A stretch of 64,000 bases of DNA from Reclinomonas americana ATCC 50394 (taxonomy: Eukaryota), in NCBI GenBank assembly GCA_048213135.1, contig PS015062.1, forward strand, positions 1-64,000, written 5' to 3'. Under the pieces are notes generated by a model. It saw only the letters and a program-made list of their open reading frames with translations, was not told the origin of the DNA and did not search any database. Of the stretch, positions 25,901-40,111 are shown in pieces. A program made the position numbers and the translations under genes. The first letter of the stretch is position 1, and the number at the start of each line of letters is the position of its first letter.

Positions 25901-28745
25901 GCCACCAACTGAGCGACGACATTTGGCAGATGCTCCTGCGTCGCGGTGTGCCACTCACTCCACCTCTGTCGCCGGCCGAGCCACTCGGCTCGCCTTCCGA
26001 TGCCGTTGCGGCCACTCCAATGCGTGGCGTGCCTGCTGAAGAGCTGCTGGTGCCATTTGTGTTGCCACGAGGTTTGGTTGTGCAGTGTTGTATCTTCTTA
26101 ACATTGCCAGTCGTCTAATATTGCGCGCGTTGTGGTGGAACAGATGATCTCCCTGCACTGGTTTGCCGCTTGCCTTGCCTGCTTTGTGTCTCACGCGTTG
26201 CTTATCGATGCCCTCTTCATCTTGCAGTTGGAAGTTGTCGAAATCATGTCGGTGAGACTACTGTGCTTGTTTTCCCTTCACGTTACCAGTGCTGACATGC
26301 ATGCCGCGTGCAGCCGATATCTCCACCACCTCGCCCGCGACCAGCATCGCCACCGCCGCCACTTGTTGTGGTGCGTCGATCGAACTCACCAACTCGGTTC
26401 CATCCTCTTCGTCATAGACTAATCGTTGATTACACAGGTGCCGGAGCCGGCGGCTGATCAGTCCGTGGTGTATGAGCCGATGAGTGTGGTACGTGTGCTT
26501 TTGAACAATGATCGTCCAACCTCACCTTACGCCAGCGTTTGTCTCACGACTTGGTTGCCACAGCCTGCCACTCCACCAGCTCGCGGTCGCCCGGCGTCAC
26601 CACCACCGCCTTTGGTGACGGTGAGTGCGCATGAGTCGGTGCTGACAGCCGTGCATCCTTCGCCTCATTCCTATTCCCCCCGCAGGTCCCTGCCCCGATG
26701 CCCGATCTGGCAGTGTTGGTTGTGGACGGCGACATGCAGCCAGTGCGCCCGGTGAGTGGCAGTACGTTATCGCCATGAATCATGCATTCACTCTAACCCA
26801 TCACTTCGCATGCACGCAGTGTTCTCCGGCTGCTGGTGCTCGACCTGCCTCTCCATTCCGGGCGCCACACGTCTCCATGGTGAGAGCGCGATCTTCATCC
26901 GTACTGCAAGAAGAACTTGTCTCTCACTCTCGCCAACGCAGTTGTCCCCGCCGTCGTCACCGTACGCAATCGAGCGGTATCCACCGGAGCCGATTGAGCC
27001 GGAAGAGGAGCTCTACGTGTGAGTCGCCGTCCGCATTGCATATGTGAAGAGGGGTATCGATTGCTCATCCTCCATCGCGCACGCAGTCTCTCCGACGGCG
27101 AAATCTACATGCCCCACGTGGATGTCAGTCACGGCGAGATCATCTCCCTCAACGACGCCGTCGCCTACAATCTCCAACACTTCAAGCGCAAGATGCCGCG
27201 ACGTGGCGCACCCTTGGTGCCGGTGCCTTCGAGCCATCCGTGGTGGCAGGGATCGGAGGACTCGTTCCAGGTTGCCGAGTCGGCATCGATGGCCTCTGCC
27301 GACAGCTCGAGTGCGGCTGGACCGTCCATGCCACCGATTTCGGCACCACCGTATCCTCAGCCACCACGGCGCCCGCCACTCGACGAGTGGTCGCACGATG
27401 GCGGCAGTGAGGCCTCCTCTGAGGGAGAACTGAGCGGACGTGTGCCGACGCAGAGGACGCCGCAGACGCAACCGTGGACCGGAGCCTCGTCGCCGTGGTC
27501 TGGCTACGACATGCATCGCCCGTCGCCCCGGTCGCACTGTTGCGTCGCACACTCGGTTGTGATGCTAAAGCACGTCCGTGTACTCATCATGATGCTATTT
27601 CGTGCCGTGCAGTGCCCACTCGAAATTCTCCTTCCGAGCTCTCGGAGGGTGAATTGGTGCTGCCTGGCCACGGACAGTGGCCGAGTCCGTCTCCTTCGCA
27701 CACTGGCGAGCGTGGAAGCGACCTTGAGAGTGGAGAGTTTGTGTTGCCAGTCCGACCGGATTCGTACGAGGAGGGCGAGTTGGACACGAAGGTGTTGCAG
27801 GAGCTCGATCGGCAACGCGAGCAGCGCATTCTCGACATGCTCGATCAGCAGTCGCAGCTCCGCCTCCAGCAGGTGGTGCGAGTGACGCGTGAGCAGGAGG
27901 CGGAACGACTGCGCCGACAAATGATGCCGCGCATGGACTCACCGCCACCACCGCCACCGCCACTGCAACCTGCAGCTGCACCAGCAGCTGCTGCTGCAGT
28001 TCCGCCAGCGACTGCCGCAGCTCCACCGGTGGGTGGAGCCCGTCCGCCAGCGGCGCCAAGTGTTCACACGACTCCGTCGTCGTCGGTGGAGAGTGGCGTG
28101 GCATCGGTGCCGCCGGGAATTGGCCTCGTCACTCCCCCACGCGCTGCATCCGGTCTGCGGCGTCCAGCTCCACTGGACACGCCTGCCTCGGCTGCAGCGC
28201 CACCTGCTGCTGGATCTCAGTCACCCTCGCCGCCAGTGCCCGCAGTGGTCGACAGCCTGCGCCTGAGTGATGCGTCGTCTGTGCCGCCACAGCAACAGCT
28301 GCCGCCAACTCTTCCGCGCTACAGTGGTGTGGGCGCCTCGACGGCCACCGACTCGCGGCCGCCGCTGCCGTCGGACAGCTATTCGACGGACGGCGACGAG
28401 TCAACCGACAGCGTGCGTCGCTCCGACCCGGTGTTGCTGGGACGGCGGAACGCTGGCGATCACGACGCAGATGCAGCTCTGTCCTTTGACACCGCGTCCT
28501 CCACCGACTCGGTGCCCACTGGTGGCACACGACCACTGGCACCTGCAGGCCTCGTGGGTACCGATCGCGATCGCCCGAGTGCCTTTAGCAGTACCGGCAG
28601 TGCTCCGCGGCCGCTCGTGATGGCTCCGCCGCCGGTGCGCACCGACACAGACACCGATGCACCGGCGCAGGCGTCGACACCGCAGAGTCCACCATCGGAG
28701 ATGTACGACACGGCGCAGTCGCGACGCGATGCCGAAAAACCGTGA
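19991..28745 (+). CDS. Very large, mostly disordered Pro/Ser-rich protein with short coiled coils, TQT-like motifs and SxGE repeats (about 25 exons); could be more than one gene
   Basis: Chain of frame-consistent GT-AG introns where I checked them; coiled coil EEFRGLIASAELTKKRVREAAAL; final TGA at 28743-28745. Confidence 0.6.
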
Positions 28746-28869
28746 TCTTGTTTATAGAAAAGAATGAATAATGTTTAGCACACGCACACACACACACCTC
28801 GAGTTCACTGACTGTGGTGCGTCTCAAAACTGATTAGTGCACACGCAGTCGCTACCATTGCGTTGACTG

Positions 28870-30201
28870 TTACTTCTTGCCCGTGTTCTTCGAGTTGATG
28901 TACTTGTACATCACGGAGAAATCCTTGTCGGCGTAGCCGTCGGCAATCAGTCGTGAGTACATGTCGAGGACGTGCTTGCCGAGCTCGGCCGAGCAGCCGG
29001 CGCTCTGTGCCGCAGTCACCGCCAGACCCAAATCCTTGTGCATGAGCGGCGATCCGAAACCACCAGTGTATCTGCGAGGTGAGAGCAGGTGAGTGAGAAG
29101 GATTTCGAGGCGGTGGACGATGACGGCAGCGTCTACTCACCCTCGAGAACTCGGCACATTGTCCATCACACCCGGGCACGGATTGTATGTGTCAGAGGAC
29201 CAGCAGCGACCCGACGATCTGCGCGTGTACGAGCACGGGTGAGCTGCTATGGAGACGTGAGCGAGAATGTGAAGAGCGCACGTGTTGACAATGCCGGCCA
29301 GCGTCTTGGGATCCATGCCCAGCGTGACTCCGATATTCATGGCCTCACTGACCGCCGTCATGCTCACGGCCAGAATGAGATTGTTGCAGATCTTCGCCAC
29401 CTGTCCCGTCGACACATCGCCGCAGCGCACAATGTTCTTGCCCATGTGCCGCAAGTAGCTGCGCGCCCGCTCAAACTCCTCATCCGATCGCGCCCCACAC
29501 ATGAATGTCAACGTCGCAGCCGCCGCGCCTCCCACACCACCGCTCACAGGCGCATCCACAAACGCCACACCATGCTTGCCGGCCGCCGTCGCCACCTCCT
29601 TGGCCGTGGCCGGATCAATCGTGGAGCTATCAATCACCAGCATTCCCGGCTTTGCTGAGGAGAACACTCCATCGCGACCAAGATACACCTGCAGCAGCAG
29701 CTCAACGACTAAGCAAGTGCCTGCCAATGACGCAAAAAAGCGGAATGACCTCGTTGACAATCTTTGAGTTTGGCAACATGGTGACCAGCACCTTGGCCTG
29801 CGACGCCACTGCAGCCGGCGATGCGGCCACGGTGGCTCCCAGTGAGGCCATCTCCTTGGTCGCTGCCTATGTGTGGAGAGAGAGTAAGATGCGGAGATCC
29901 TCTTGTGTTGTTGACAAGGTGTGAGCGCAACAGCGACTGCGTCAAAGACGACCACGCGGAAGCCGGCTTTCACCAGGTGCGGTGCCATGCGAGAGCCCAT
30001 TTGCCCGAGGCCAATGAAGCCCACAGTCTGCTTGCAGAGAGTGAGTGTATGTGAGAGAATGAGAGATGCAAACAGTTGCGTACTTCCGGTGTGCCTGCTG
30101 CTGGTGAGCGAGTGAGTGTGAGAAGAGGAGAGTGGGAGGGTGGGCATGGCATAGGGAAACGCACCAGAGTAGAGGCGAGTGGCAAGCCGTGAGAGAAGCA
30201 T
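28870..30201 (-). CDS. HIBADH: Mitochondrial 3-hydroxyisobutyrate dehydrogenase, 7 exons
   Basis: Presequence MLLSRLATRLYS; TVGFIGLGQMG; IDSSTID; DAPVSGG; AKICNN; SSGRCWSSDTYNPCPGV; KDFSVMY. Confidence 0.96.
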
Positions 30202-30268
30202 TGTGAAAGAGAAGAGCAAAAGCGCGAGTCTCTGTCTCTCTCTGTCTCTCAGCCAGTGCGTGTGTGGA

Positions 30269-33200
30269 ATGGTCAAGGAGCGCACATGGTACGCCCTTGT
30301 GTGTGTGTCTGTCTGTGTGTGTGTGCGTGCGAGTGTGTGTGCAGAGTGCGTGACATGCTCACCTTGTGTGTCAACGCAGGGTCCTCGTCTCTCTGTGCGT
30401 TCTCTTTGTCACGCAGAACCTCTCGTTCTTCTTGCCAGCACCGGTGCGTAACACACACACAAGAAGAGAGAGAGAGAGAGAACAAGAAAGAAAGAGAAAG
30501 AGAGGCAAGCATGCACACACACAGATAGAGAAAGAAGTGAGAGACACTGTTGCATTCACACACACGCACACACACACACACACACACACTCCCTTTGCTC
30601 ACTCTCATTTGTCTTCGCACAGTTCCTTCCCAATGAGTCCCTCAAGCGCGGTCTCACCATGGCTGAAGTCGGTGTGGTGCTGGCCATGAGCCCACTGGCC
30701 GCCTTTCTCGCCTCTGTGTGGGTCGGCTACCTCCTGCGCATTCCCAATCGCGAGCGCCGAGTGCTCTTCACCGGCATTGTGCTGCAAGTCATTGTCTATG
30801 CGTGCTTTGCGCTGCTGGCGGTGGTCGAGTCACGAGTTGCGCTCTTGTTGTTGTTGTTGTCTGTGACTGGCCACTCATCAGCATTGGTGCGCAGGTGCTG
30901 TTCTTGTTGCTTGGTGAGACGCATGGACGAGACTGCTCTTCTGGCGTGCTCAACTCATACTGTGTGCTTGTGTTGTGCAGGCTTGACGCTGTTCTTCTGT
31001 GTGGGCACGTGTGCGGCGGCCACGCAGACGCCGGGTTTGGTGCTGGTGGCGGCGTACTTTCCCGACAATCCCGGCTCGGCTCGTGGCATTCTGGAGATTA
31101 TGACTGGACTCGGTGTTATCAGTGGTCCGCTCCTGGGTGGCGCGCTCTTCGAGGCCGGTGGCTTTGCGGTGCCGTTTATTGCCGAGTCGGCGCTGATGCT
31201 TCTGTCGCTCGTCTTCATCTTCCTGGCGTTGCGGAAGAAACCGGCGGAGTTGGTCGATGAGATGGTGGCGGATGTGGTGGAAAAGTCGCTGCTGGTGCCC
31301 GAGGGTGGCCTGGTGACGGAGGATCTCCTCACGCCGCGCTCGCCCGAGGAGACGCGCGGCGACGAGGACGACGAGGAAGGTGGCGATGATGAAGATGACC
31401 GCGGCAGCTACTACAATGTGCCCGTGGAGTCACTGACCCCCGGCCGGGTGTACGAACTTGGCAAACGTTCGCGACCCGTCAACGTGGCCACAGTGGCCGA
31501 CGTCGACACGGACGGTGAATCGGAGGATGAGAGTCGGAAGTCTGCCGATGAGCGCGCCGCGGCCGCCAGCATGAGGCGGTTGTTGGAGCGCGAAGAGGTA
31601 CATTTGCATTTTTTGCTGCTTGTCATCGCTGACCATGTGCTGACATTGTGTGTGTTGTGACAGACTTCGTCGCTGGATTCCACTCGACGCTCGCTGGCGT
31701 CGCCGCAGAAGCACTCCCCCTCTGCGTCGTCGCCGTACAGCGGGGCCGACTATGCGAGCCGGCAAGCCGACACCGAGGGCGAAGCGGAAGACGACGACAA
31801 CAAGTCCATGCTCTCCACCGCCTCCTCGCCGACCACTCCGCGCGGGCGACCGCGTACCTCCTTCAAGGTCCGCCCAGGCGAGACCATGGGCCGCCAGCTC
31901 ATGCGCTTCATTCTGCAAGCGTGGGTGCTGGTGTCATCTGCCAGTGGTGCGTTTCACATTCCACCACCACATGCACGCGTATGCATGCAACATAGTCACT
32001 TACCTTTCGCAACAGTGTTCTCCTCCATGCTCCTCTTGTCGTTCCTGGGTGCCACGCTGTCGCCGTTCCTGCAGGCCGAGTACCACCTCAACGCCTTGTC
32101 CTGTGGACTCATTTTTACCATCGGTGCCGCCATGTACCTCGTCGGATCGCCGCTTTTCGGCTACATTGTTGCGTGCATGGGCAAAGAGGCAGTCGTGCCT
32201 GTGTGCATCGTTGCTGAAAACGTCGCTTGTGAACAGGCGGATCGCACCAGTGTGCGCAATCGCCGACTCATTTTCCTCAGCGGTGAGTGTTGCTTTTCGT
32301 TGTGCTGCATGTCAATGACACTACTCAGCTTTCGTCGTCCCGCAGGCATGGCCGGCTGCGCCATTACCATGCTCATGATCGGGCCGTCGCCAGCACTGCC
32401 GTTCCTGCCACGCAGCGTCATCATGGTGTACTTGAGCATGGTGGTGCTCGGGCTGAGTGGATCGGTGCGTCGTATGTTGTAGCAAGCGCGCGTTCATGAG
32501 CGACGTTGCTCACGGTATACCTCTTCTATCCTCACACAGATGGCCTTCATTCCACCCTTCACCGAGATGCTCGAGTGCACACCGGGCGACGGCTACCAGC
32601 ACTTTGTCAGCGCCACCATCTCGGCGGCACAGGAACTCGGCTGTCTGGTTGGCGCCATGCTGAGTGGCTTCCTGGTCGATGCTGTTGCGTGAAACACACT
32701 CGCTCGCTCCGCTGTGATTCGCGCGCACACTCAACATTGTCTTCCACCCTCGGTGCAGATGGGCTTCCGCGCGGCGACATCTGTGTGCGGGCTGATTATT
32801 GCGTGCTTGCTGATGATGGTGTTTGCCGGTCTGTTCTTCCGCGAGCTGCGCATGGTGTGGAAGCAGCGCGGCATTACGCCACCGTCGGTGCCGGTCTCTG
32901 CGGCGTCGGTTGGTTTCTTTCCATAGACGTGTATGTTTTCCTCCTTTTGTTGGTGCTGACGCAGTTGACACCGCAGAGCGGATACGGATCACTCGGCGAC
33001 GTGGAGCATGGAGGCAACGGCTATGCGGGTGAGGACGCTGCGTCTGCAGCCTCTGGTGGCGGAGCTCGCGAGGGCGGTGCCAAGAGGTCGCCGAATCGTC
33101 GACCGGCCACGCCACCGCAGGCGAATGGTGTGGACGCCGACGGCACACCACCGGGCGAGCAGGCGGGATTGCTGTCGGGTCGGCCCGCATCCAAGTCTGG

Positions 33201-33780
33201 CGGCCGACAGCGCAGCGGCACATTCAGTGGCTTCCCGCAGTGGTTCCGCGTCAACGAGACCACCGAAAAGCGGCACTCGCAGCGTGCCGACCCGTCCTCG
33301 ACCAAGCCGCTCTTCTTGAGCACGGTGGGCGTCTTCTCGCTCGCCGACCGCAACGTTCCGCTGGCAGTGTTCCGTCGCGGCAAGCGTCGCACACCCGTCC
33401 GGTCCGAGTTGCCCGCCGGATTGCAGACGCACAACACGTCCATGTCGAGCGACGATGCACCGTCGGCGGCCGCCACGGCCTCGGAGCGTTCGTCGCCGGT
33501 GCGCACCGCCGCTGCGTCGGCGCACTTGTCTGTCGCCTCGGGGTCGCGACGCATCGCTTCCGATGTGCCTTCGCCGTCGCAAATGTCGGCGCGCTCCATG
33601 CCCGCTCGCGCACGCGGCCATTCGATGCTGGCCTCGCCCAGCAACCGCTCGTCGGACGATGTGGAGGCCGGCAGCGGCAGCAGGAGACCCGAATCGGTGC
33701 TCTCGGCTGACGATGTGCGGCGGGAGTTGGAGTCGGCGGCCGGCAGTTTGCCGCGTTTCCAGCGGCCTTTTGAGATCTAA
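30269..33780 (+). CDS. MFS transporter (SLC18B1/amine-transporter-like) with long acidic central loop and long cytosolic tail (about 12 exons)
   Basis: FFLPAP|FLPNESLKRG, GILEIMTGLGVISGPLLGGALFEAGGFAVPF, SPLFGYI|ADR, LMIGPSP, LGCLVGAMLSGFLVDA|MGFR; many TM-like segments. Confidence 0.85.
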
Positions 33781-33874
33781 TGCTATTCTGTTGTTATTGT
33801 TCTCCTAGAAGTCCCACACGGGTGCACTCCGGTTTAATACATAGTGATTCTTGTTTTGTTTCGTGCTGCTGATG

Positions 33875-35004
33875 CTACCGCGACTTGCGCATGCGATCGT
33901 CACGGTCGTCGGCCGACGCAGCGCCTCCACGTGTGACAAACACGGGACTGTCGCGATCGGAGCTGCTCGTCAACGCCGGCACCGATGACGCCACATCAAT
34001 CTCCCCGTCCTCATCGTTGTCTCCAGCGGCAGCAGCCGCAGCAATATTCGCCTCGAACAACTCCAGTCGGAACGGCGTGATGCACTGGCGCCGACGCAGC
34101 ATCTGCACGGCACCACGCAGCATCGGGTTGCACGTGACAACAACCACACGTTTCGGCATATCCTCCACGCCGCGCAGCGCATCGCCCCACAACGACATCA
34201 GATCGACCAGCGCCTGCGAGCTCGCCACGTACCACGCATGCCGACTGCGATCGCTGGCCTCGTACAACTCCACTCGATGCGGCGCGCGCGACCACTCCTC
34301 CCGCACGCACTCCCGCATGCGAGCATCCACCAAGTACAATGTCGGCACTGCATCCGTGGCCGCCTTTGCCGCCGAGGCTGCTGCTGCTGACGACGACTGC
34401 TGCTTGCCACGTCGACAAGTGCACAGACACGAAAGCATGCGATACAGCAGCAACAGCACGCTCTGCACCGTGGAGAACAGCACACGCAGCACACTCGGCA
34501 TACGTCGCGTGCTGCACATCGATCGCGTCCACTGTGCGCGCTGGCATGAGCGAGCGAGTGGAGAGACAGAGAGACTGTGTGACAACGTCGCGTAACTCGT
34601 ATGCACAAATTGACGACAATGTTGAGCGCAATGAGCACCATCAGCACAAAGAGAATCGTTTGCCAGTCCCACAGCTGCGACATTTGCACAGTCGAGAGCT
34701 GATCCAACTGCGATTCCAGCGTCAATGGTCCCTCCTAAGTATACAATCAATCAGTGAGTGAAGCGATCGCCTGGGGAAGATGAGTGCGCGTAACTGTACT
34801 CTTCTTCTTCATTAACAGCGCATCGCACTCATCGCTGCGCGTGGCGCACCAGCCGTGCAACGAGGCGCTGATCCACTCGACGACGTGATGCGTGACGTTG
34901 AGCACGGGGCGCACGCCATGCGCTACAAACGCGCTCGATGCGCACGGGAAGCCCGCGCACGCCACTCGCACCGCTTGCAACGGCCCAGACACCTCATCCT
35001 CCAT
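33875..35004 (-). CDS. Hypothetical membrane protein, 3 exons; start uncertain
   Basis: MEDEVSG...KKKST|EGPLTLE...WQTILFVLMVLIALNIVVNLCIR|RAQW...RKSR*; both introns GTTACG..AG in frame. Confidence 0.6.
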
Positions 35005-35235
35005 CGCGGCCTCTTCGTTGCAACGAGAATGTCCTGCGAGGACACCGTTGGTTTCCACGCACACGCCACACTTGCTCTCGTTGAACGCACGGTGTGTATG
35101 CGTGTGCATGCGAGAGCGCGCGCGTATGTGTGCCTGTTTATCACACGCGCGCGTGTGTGTGTTTGCGTGTGCGCGCCATGAAACGTCTCATGTTCCACTC
35201 TCTCACTCGCTCTCTCTTCTCTTTGTCTGTTTAAG

Positions 35236-38200
35236 ATGTCACGTCGGCATCCGCATCAGCAGCAGCACTTGCGCGGGCGATCGATCACCGGTGACTCATC
35301 TGCAGTCGTCAATGCAACGTCCACCACGGGAGTCGACAGTGTGACGAGCGCAGACACACTGTCGGACTCTGCGCTGGAGGCGGAGTTGGCGGCGATGGAG
35401 CTGGGCACTGATGTTTCGTCGTTTCCTCATCATCACAGAGTCGGTCGAAGAAAAGGCGCAACTCAAATTCGTTTTACTTGCAGGATGACGATGAGGACGA
35501 CATCTCTGGCCTCACCGGCTTGGATGACTCGAATCCGTTGGGTGGCACTGGTGGGAGTCTGGCATCGGCGACGCTGGGCACGCGTGCTGCATCAGTGGCC
35601 ACGGCGGCGGCGGCTGTGTACCCACCGCCAGTGGTCGCGACCACTGCCACTGCGCCGCCTCCGTCTGCTGCTGCTCAGCAACATCCACCACCGCCTGCGC
35701 GATCGTTGAGTGTGCCGCTGCATCAGGCGGCGTTGCGCAACACAGTGGCGGAGAGTGGAAGTTGCATGCGTTTGTGCCACACTGGTCGCTGCCGAGCTGT
35801 GTTGCTCATGATGATGATTACGACGCAGAGACGGCATCGCAGTCGTCGGTGTACTCGCAGTCGTCGCAGGCGGTGGATGATTTGCTGCAAAAGTACGCGG
35901 CCGATGCGATGCGGGAGTCCGATAGTGAGACCGATAGCACGCTGGAGGCGTCGCCGTTGCAGGCGCAGGAGTCGGCCGAGGCGCGTGATAATGGGGTGCC
36001 GCCGGCGCAGCCGCTGCGCTCGTCGCCCGAGTCGATGCCTTCCATGTCGTCGCCGGTCTCTGCGCCGACTCCCCTGGCGACCGCTGACAATGCCACGGCT
36101 GCTGCTGCTGTGCCACCGCCACAGCCGCAACTCCCGCGGCAGCCGTCGGAGCGTGTTGTGGTTCGTGTGCGCATTCTTTGTGTGATTCGCCTTCGCCGCT
36201 AACTCCAGCTGCAGGTGTCAACGACTGGCCGCACGTCACCCAAGCCGACACCCAAGAAGGAGCTTCCGTCGGCGGCGCAGCGTGCAGCGAGTCGCTCGCC
36301 GACCTCCTCTGCTGGAGCTCGTCGCCAGTCGGCGTCGCCCAATCGTCGCAACCAGCAGCAACCAGCCTCGCGCTCCGTGTCGGTGGCCAATCCGATGCTT
36401 GGCGCGAACAATGTGCCGGGACCAAAGCCGCGCACCACCGTCATGGTCATGTCGAATGCTGGGGTTGCCGCTGGCGCCGCGAGTGGTGGCGGCGGTGGTG
36501 GTGGTGGTGGTGCTCGGTCGCGTTCGCAGCCGCGCGCCGGTGCACGCAACGGACAGGCCGAGAACGGTGGCGTTAATAACACCGGCGCGTCGCGACCGCA
36601 GCAGCAACCCGCGCAGGATCAGCATGAGCAGCGATCGGGTGGCGGTGGCGGCTCTGGTGGTCGCATCACGCCGACTCGCTCACTTTCACAGCCGCGCTCG
36701 CGTACCAGTGATCCGGGTGCGAATGGATTGCCGCCTCGTTCCATCTCGCCAGCCAACGGTCGCATCACGCCAGAACAGCCGCCCATGCGCTTCTCCTCGC
36801 ATGCCAAGCCGTCGACGCAAGTGGCGCAGATTAAGGACGGCGTCAAGGCCATTTTGCAACCGGAGCGCATCAAGGAGGAGAATCGAGATTTGAGCAAGCG
36901 TATCAAGGAGGTCGATCCGCGGGTCGACTGCTACCTCGATCCATCCACGGTGTCGCAGATTGTGCCAGTGGCGCAGGTACCGAAGCGGACCAAGAAGTTT
37001 GGAGTTGCGTTGTGCATCTCATTCCACGCGATGCGGGTTGTGAAAAAACTCATTCACGGTGCGCAGAGTCTGGAGGAGGTGCCGCCGTGGAATTTTGACA
37101 CACGAGTGACTGTGGCGCCCAAGTACGGTGTGCTCTACGACGCAGGAGAAATCGATGGTGTGTAATTCTTCCATCAGTGCGTGATGCGTGACTTCCTTTC
37201 AACTCACGACGATCTGCAGGCCACATGGGCACTCTGTTGCCGCGCTCGTCAGTCGACGATTCGCTCACACCACCACGATCGGCGGCCGAGTACAGGCGAT
37301 TGCAAATGGATCTGCAGGGTGCCATGGAGACGCTGTCACCGATTGAAGTTGCGCTCAGGCCCTCGTCGCCTGTGTTGATGTCATCATGCTCACCATTGCT
37401 GTTGCGACATTAGCCCGTCAGCGCGGCCGTCAACACTGCGCAGCACCAGCCGTCGCTGGCGGCGACCATGGCTCCGCCGCCGCCGAGGCGAACTGTGGCA
37501 CCTCCTCCAGGTGGCGCCACTCGCAAACCGCAGTTGCAGCGCAGTGAGTCGGACGCTGTGGTGGTACCGTATCGCCCGCCCTCTGCCGGCGGCGACGTGG
37601 CGATGCTTATCCCTGCCGATGCTGGTCGGCCCACCTCGGCACCCAAACCACGCCCTGGTGTTCCCGTCATGTCGCGCCCACGCCCCGTGTCTGCTGAACG
37701 AACCCGCCACATTTCACCTTCGTTTATGGTGCAGCAAGATGGCGGTGCGTCAAGCGTGGTGACTGTGTGAGAGTGCGCCTTTGGAAGTTGTGTCTCATCA
37801 TAACGTCCCTTCACAGATCGCTTGTCACCACCATTCGACGCTGACGTGATGATGGCCGCCCAAGGCGCACCGCCACCACAGAGGCCACCCATGCAGCGCT
37901 ACGACTCGTCCCCGATGCGTGCCGTAACGACGGCGCAAGAGGCGCCGTATTACGATCCGAGTTTCCGACGCGCCTCGGCCACCGATGTCAACAGCCATCA
38001 GCGTCACCGACAGCGCCTCAACAGGCGGCCGTCGTCCACCACCGACTTTTCAACGGTCTCGTCGTCCACAGTCAGCCGTCAAACACCTCACAATCAGCAG
38101 CAGCAACAGCAACAGCAGCAGCCGCTGGCCGACGATCCACCACGCGGTCGCCGAGGCTCTGTGCCGCTGCTGCACATGGCACTGGCTCGTCGCAGTGGTC

Positions 38201-40024
38201 CACCGGCAGCAGCGACTCACACGTCGCATCGTCGCGAAGCTGCCCATGCCCCCGCGGCGTCTGGTGCTGCAGGCGATCGTCGTCGCATGTCGGCAGCGTC
38301 AGTCGAGCAGGCTCGTGTGCAAGCGGGTGGCGTTGCATTCGAGGCGTGGGTGGAGGACGCTCACGTCGTGGCCTCGTTGTCTCCAGTGTCGGATCCGGCG
38401 TCGCTCAACAGTGGTATGTGTCTTGCTCTCGGTATATTTTCGTAGTGCGTGTTTGTGGCAACTCACTGCTCACTCTTCGACAGATGTTGGTGGCTCGCCG
38501 ACCTATGGTCTGGAGCCAGAGCCGCAACCGCAGTCGTACTCACGACTGGCACCCAAGTTTACTCTCGGCTCCAAGCCTGTGGACCCCACTCCAGCGCCAG
38601 CGCCTCTGCCGACGCCCCCACAGCCTCCACCACGCTCGCCATCGCCTCCCTCGGTCGCCATGTACCAACCGAGTCGTGCTGCTGGCAAGCGCGATCCGCA
38701 TTTCTTGAGCGATGCTGCGTCGTCGGCCACGTCCATGGCGTCGAGCATGCAACCTGCGCCGCCAACCGCTGCCCCTCTGCGCACGCAAGGCGACCGTCGA
38801 TCACCGTCACCAATGGATTCGCGACGACGCGTGAGACCGCGCTCTGCTTCGCCGCAAGACAGACAACCGGAGAGTGCTGCCGTCGACTTGTCGATGGACA
38901 GTTTGGGTGCGGGCGACGAGCGCTCGTTTGGCCGACTGCAACAAGTGATTCGCGAGAACCACCTCATCCGCAAGGAGTTGCAAGTGCAGTTGCGTTGCAG
39001 AGAGAGAGAGAGAGTCTCTTCTCAGTCTGCAGGTGATGGTCGACGCTCACTCCAATGCAGGCGCAAGGAGGCATCAGAGGCGCTGGAGCGAACGCAGGCA
39101 GCCCGCGCCCAGGCGGCCGAGCTGCGACGATCGCTGGACGAAGCGAACCGCACCAACTTGCAGCTGGCGAGCACGGCGGAGAAGTACGTGGCCAAGTGCA
39201 AGGAGCTGGACAAGCTGAAGGCCGGCATCGAGACCCTGAGTCGTGTGCTGGTCACGGGTCTCGGCTCACCGCAGCCCAAGACCACCACCAATCTCACGAC
39301 GGTGACGGATCGCGCCGAGGAGCTGGTCTCCAAGTACCAGCAGGCCGAGTCTCGCAGCCGCCTGCTGCAAAAGGACAACAAGGCCATGGAGGCGGAGATC
39401 ACCTCGGTGCGCGACATGTGCAACATGTACAAGGAGTCCATGCAGACGGCGCAGCGGGAGAGCCGCGAGTTGCTCGACGAGGTGACGTCGTTGCGGTCGG
39501 AGGTCGAATCACTGCAGCACCGATTGTACGTGGCCAGCACCCAACACAAGAAGTTTCGTTGCCGTGCCCTCTTGCGTGCACACCTGGCGAGCTGGTGCTC
39601 ATTTGCGCGTGCAGGATGCAAGAGGAGGTCGGAGCGCATCGGCGGCAAATCACCCACATGCGCTCGCTCAACGACGAGGCCAATCAGACGGCCGAGAAGC
39701 TGCGACTGACGACCAAGGAGGCCACGCAGCGGGTACGCTCGTCGCAGCCACGTATCCACGCCCAACAACTCCTAACCTCCCTTCCTTCCTTCCTCTCGCA
39801 CACAGGCGGACAAGCTGGCCGACGACCGGCAGCGACTCGAGGCCGAGATTGCACGAGTGAAGAGCGATCGCGACGCGTGGAAGTTACGTCCACTCCGCCA
39901 TTGCCACCAAAGACATCGCCCTTGTGTCTCAAACGACAAGCAATGCGCGTACACACCAACTCACAGGATGCGCTGTCAAGAGCTCGGCCTGGTGCACACA
40001 CCAACGTCGTCTGGTCAAATGTGA
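35236..40024 (+). CDS. Hypothetical protein, disordered N-terminal part and C-terminal coiled coil (about 12 exons)
   Basis: Frame-consistent splicing where checked; coiled coil LQQVIRENHLIRKEL...AMEAEITSVRDMCNMYKESMQ; stop TGA 40022-40024. Confidence 0.65.
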
Positions 40025-40111
40025 CACCGACGGCAGTCCTTTACATCATCGTCCGCCCACTTGTTTCTTTCTCGCGATCCTTTCAAAAGTGTACACAACA
40101 ACAACGAAAGC

